From contig CAVWIH010000014.1 of assembly GCA_963755025.1 (NCBI GenBank), positions 96,001 to 160,000 of the forward strand: a DNA stretch of 64,000 nt. Direction: 5' to 3'. A program made the translations under genes and the position numbers. The notes beneath the pieces were generated by a model. It was not told the origin of the DNA and did not search any database. It worked only from the letters and a program-made list of their open reading frames with translations. The DNA is from an uncultured Actinomycetes bacterium. Lineage in GTDB: Bacteria > Actinomycetota > Thermoleophilia > UBA2241. Positions 61,527 through 64,000 of this stretch are shown one piece after another. The stretch's first letter is position 1, and each line of letters begins with the position of its first letter.

Positions 61527-63899
61527 TCACTCGCGCATCAACATCAGTTGGGCTTCGCGCTCCAGGTCGACGTAGGGCTCGCCGCTCACGTCGACGGCGA
61601 CCCGGTCGATCGTGCCGCCGGTGAAGGTCCAGGGCGACTCGCCGGGGTAGTCGTCGGTGATCGGCTCGGCGCTGTCGCGACCGACGCACAGGCCCTCGCC
61701 GGCGAGCGAGAACATGCCGGGCTGGGTCTTGATACGGCCCTCGCCGACCTTCTTGTCGCCGTGGTAGAGCGAGAGGATGCCGGTCGCCACGTGCGGCGGA
61801 TCCTCGCCGTCCTTCTCAAAGGCGGCCGACAGGATCAGCTTCTTGCCGGTCGGCACGTCTTCGGTGGCGTCGATCTTCTGCTCGAACATGCCGACGAAGT
61901 TGTTCACGTAGTGCAGCCGGTTGTCCTTGACGTACAGGGCATGGCCGCCGAAGCGCGAGCCGTGCGCGAACAGCACGCCCTGCGCCCCGGGCGCGGGGAT
62001 GTCGACCAGCGCCCCGATCGTGAAGGAGCGGTTGCGGATGTTCACGGCCTGCGCCTCGGGCACCTCGGCGGTGTCGGGGAAGTAGACGTAGCGGTCGCGC
62101 GGCGAGGCCAGCTGCGGGCCGCGGCGTCGGTGATGATCTCCAGCGGCCGACCGGTCATCGAGCGGGAAGGCGTCGTTCGCGCCGGCCTCGGCGAACCACA
62201 GGTTGACCAGCTCCCGCAGCTTGTCCGGGTGCTCGGCGGCCAGGTCGTGCAGCTCGGCGCGGTCGACGTCGGTGTGGTACAGCTCCCAGGTGTCGTCGTT
62301 GAAGTCGCTCCAGCCGCTGAGCGTCGGATGGGTGGTGACGGCCTTCCAGCCGTCGTGCCAGATCGCCGCGCGAGCCGAGCATGGAGTAGAACTGCGTCTT
62401 GCGCGCGCCGTCGGCGCCGTGGCGTCGTCGAAGCTGTAGCGCATGCTCACGCCGTCGAAGGCGCTCTGCACGTGGCCCTTGATGGTCGCGGGGGCCTCGA
62501 CGCCGAGCACGTCGAGGACCGTCGGCACGAGGTCGATCGCGTGGTGGTACTGATGCCGCATCTCGCCCCTTGGCCTTCATGCCGGCCGGCCACGAGATGA
62601 TGCACGGGTCGGCGCGTGCCGCCGTTGAACTCGTAGCGCTTCCACATCTTGAACGGCGTGTTGAAGGCCATCGCCCAGCCGTTCGGGTAGTGGTTGTAGG
62701 TCCTGGTCCCGCCGAGCTCGTCGAGCATGGCGAGGTTCGGCTCGATGTCGTCGGGCATGCCGTTGGCGAACACGTTCTCGTTGACCGAGCCGTTCGGGAC
62801 CGCCCTCGCCGCTGGCGCCGTTGTCGGACACCAGGATGACCAGCGTGTTCTCGCGCTGCCCGGTCTCCTCGAGGTAGTCGAGCAGGCGGCCGATGTGGTG
62901 GTCGGCGTGGGCCAGGAAGCCGGCGTAGACCTCGGCCATGCGGCTGAACAGCGCGCTTCTCGTCGTCGGTCAGCGAGTCCCACGGCCGGGTGACGTCGAG
63001 CGCCGGGAACGGCTGGCCCTCGGGGCCCTTTCGGGTCTCGGGCGTGCCGATCGGGTTGATCGGCGGCAGCTCGGTGTCGGCCGGCACGATGCCCAGCTTC
63101 TTCTGGCGGGCCAGGGTCTGCTCGCGCATCGCCTCGTAGCCCATGTCGAAGCGGCCCTTGTACTTGTCGGCCCACTCCTTGGACACGTGGTGCGGCGCAT
63201 GGCAGGCGCCCGGCGCGTAGTAGAGGAAGAAGGGCTTGTCGGGCGCGACCGCCTTGGCGTCCTTGATGAACTCGATGCGCCTTGTCGGTGATGTCGTCGG
63301 TCAGGTGGTAGCCCTCGGCCGGCGACTTCGGCTGGTCGACCGGGTGGTTGTCGTAGACCAGGTCCGGATACCACTGGTTGGTCTCGGCGCCCAGGAAGCC
63401 GTACCAGCGCTCGAAGCCGCGGCCGGTCGGCCAGTTGCGCCGCGGTCGAGGCGAGGTTCATCTCGTCGGTCGGGCACAGGTGCCACTTGCCCACCATGTA
63501 GGTGTTCCAGCCGCGCTCGCCGAGGATCTCGGAGAGCATGCCGTTCTCGGGCGGGATGGTGCCGCTGGCGTTCGGGAAAGCCGATCGGCCGCCTCGGTGA
63601 TGCAGGCCATGCAGTTGCGCGTGTGGTTGCGGCCGGTGAGCAGGCAGGAGCGCGTCGGCGAGCACAGCGCCGTCGTGTGCCACTGCGTGTAGCGCAGGCC
63701 GTCGGCGGCGATCCGGTCGATGTTCGGCGTCTCGATCGGGCCCGCCGTAGCAGCCCATCGCGCTGAAGCCGACGTCGTCGAGCACGATGTAGACGACGTT
63801 GGGCGCGCCCTCGGGCGCCTTCGGCGGCTCGAACGGCGCCCAGTCGGGCGTGGAGTCGCGGATGTCGACGTTGACGACGCCCTTGAACGGCTTGCTCAT
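61527..63899 (-). CDS. Cys-type arylsulfatase (AtsA-like); many frameshifts
   Basis: [12 protein letters not shown]; hand-translated [16 protein letters not shown] (~63625-63670); [28 protein letters not shown]. Confidence 0.88.
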
Positions 63900-64000
63900 G
63901 GCGGTCCCCCTGGGTGGCTCCTGTGGGCGCGCCCTCCGGTGACTTCGGGCGGGCGGTGCATGTTCTGGTCGTAGCAGCCTACCCCAGCGCCCGCTTCACT

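Noticed and set aside
702-63974. Many long antisense or alternate-frame ORFs rich in Arg/Ala/Gly/Pro
   Set aside because: These are shadow ORFs expected at very high GC; they overlap well-supported genes and lack family motifs.

Overview
This is high-GC bacterial DNA. It is most likely an Actinomycetota genome; Thermoleophilia-like is my inference from the gene content and TANNNT promoters. It holds about 52 genes, and I recognised no rRNA, tRNA, CRISPR array or transposase. Many genes are split by single-base indels, mostly +1 C/G insertions, which look like long-read consensus errors rather than decay. The main feature is a ~22.7 kb co-oriented, translationally coupled respiratory operon (28382-51074). 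In it, an E. coli-type complex I cluster (nuoA...nuoB, fused CD, E-N) is interrupted between nuoA and nuoB by a cytochrome bcc complex (apparent QcrC-QcrA fusion plus QcrB), heme O synthase and a caa3-like oxidase (subunit II with cytochrome c; fused subunits I+III). Complexes I, III and IV are therefore encoded in one apparent transcription unit. NuoF has Ala at the position of E. coli E183, the NADH/NADPH discriminator, and a PASTA pseudokinase follows nuoN. Left of the operon lie NAPRTase, a motif-dead CbiA/CobB homologue, an HK-RR-diguanylate cyclase cluster, DUF885, BlaI, amino-acid metabolism genes, a 3x58-bp intergenic repeat, glycogen-debranching/SCP2 genes, an FGGY kinase, adenosine deaminase and an MFS exporter. 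Right of it lie DUF1269, DUF2252, cardiolipin synthase, an aquaporin, PPK2, a HAD hydrolase and an arylsulfatase. All calls come from reading motifs; no database search was run.
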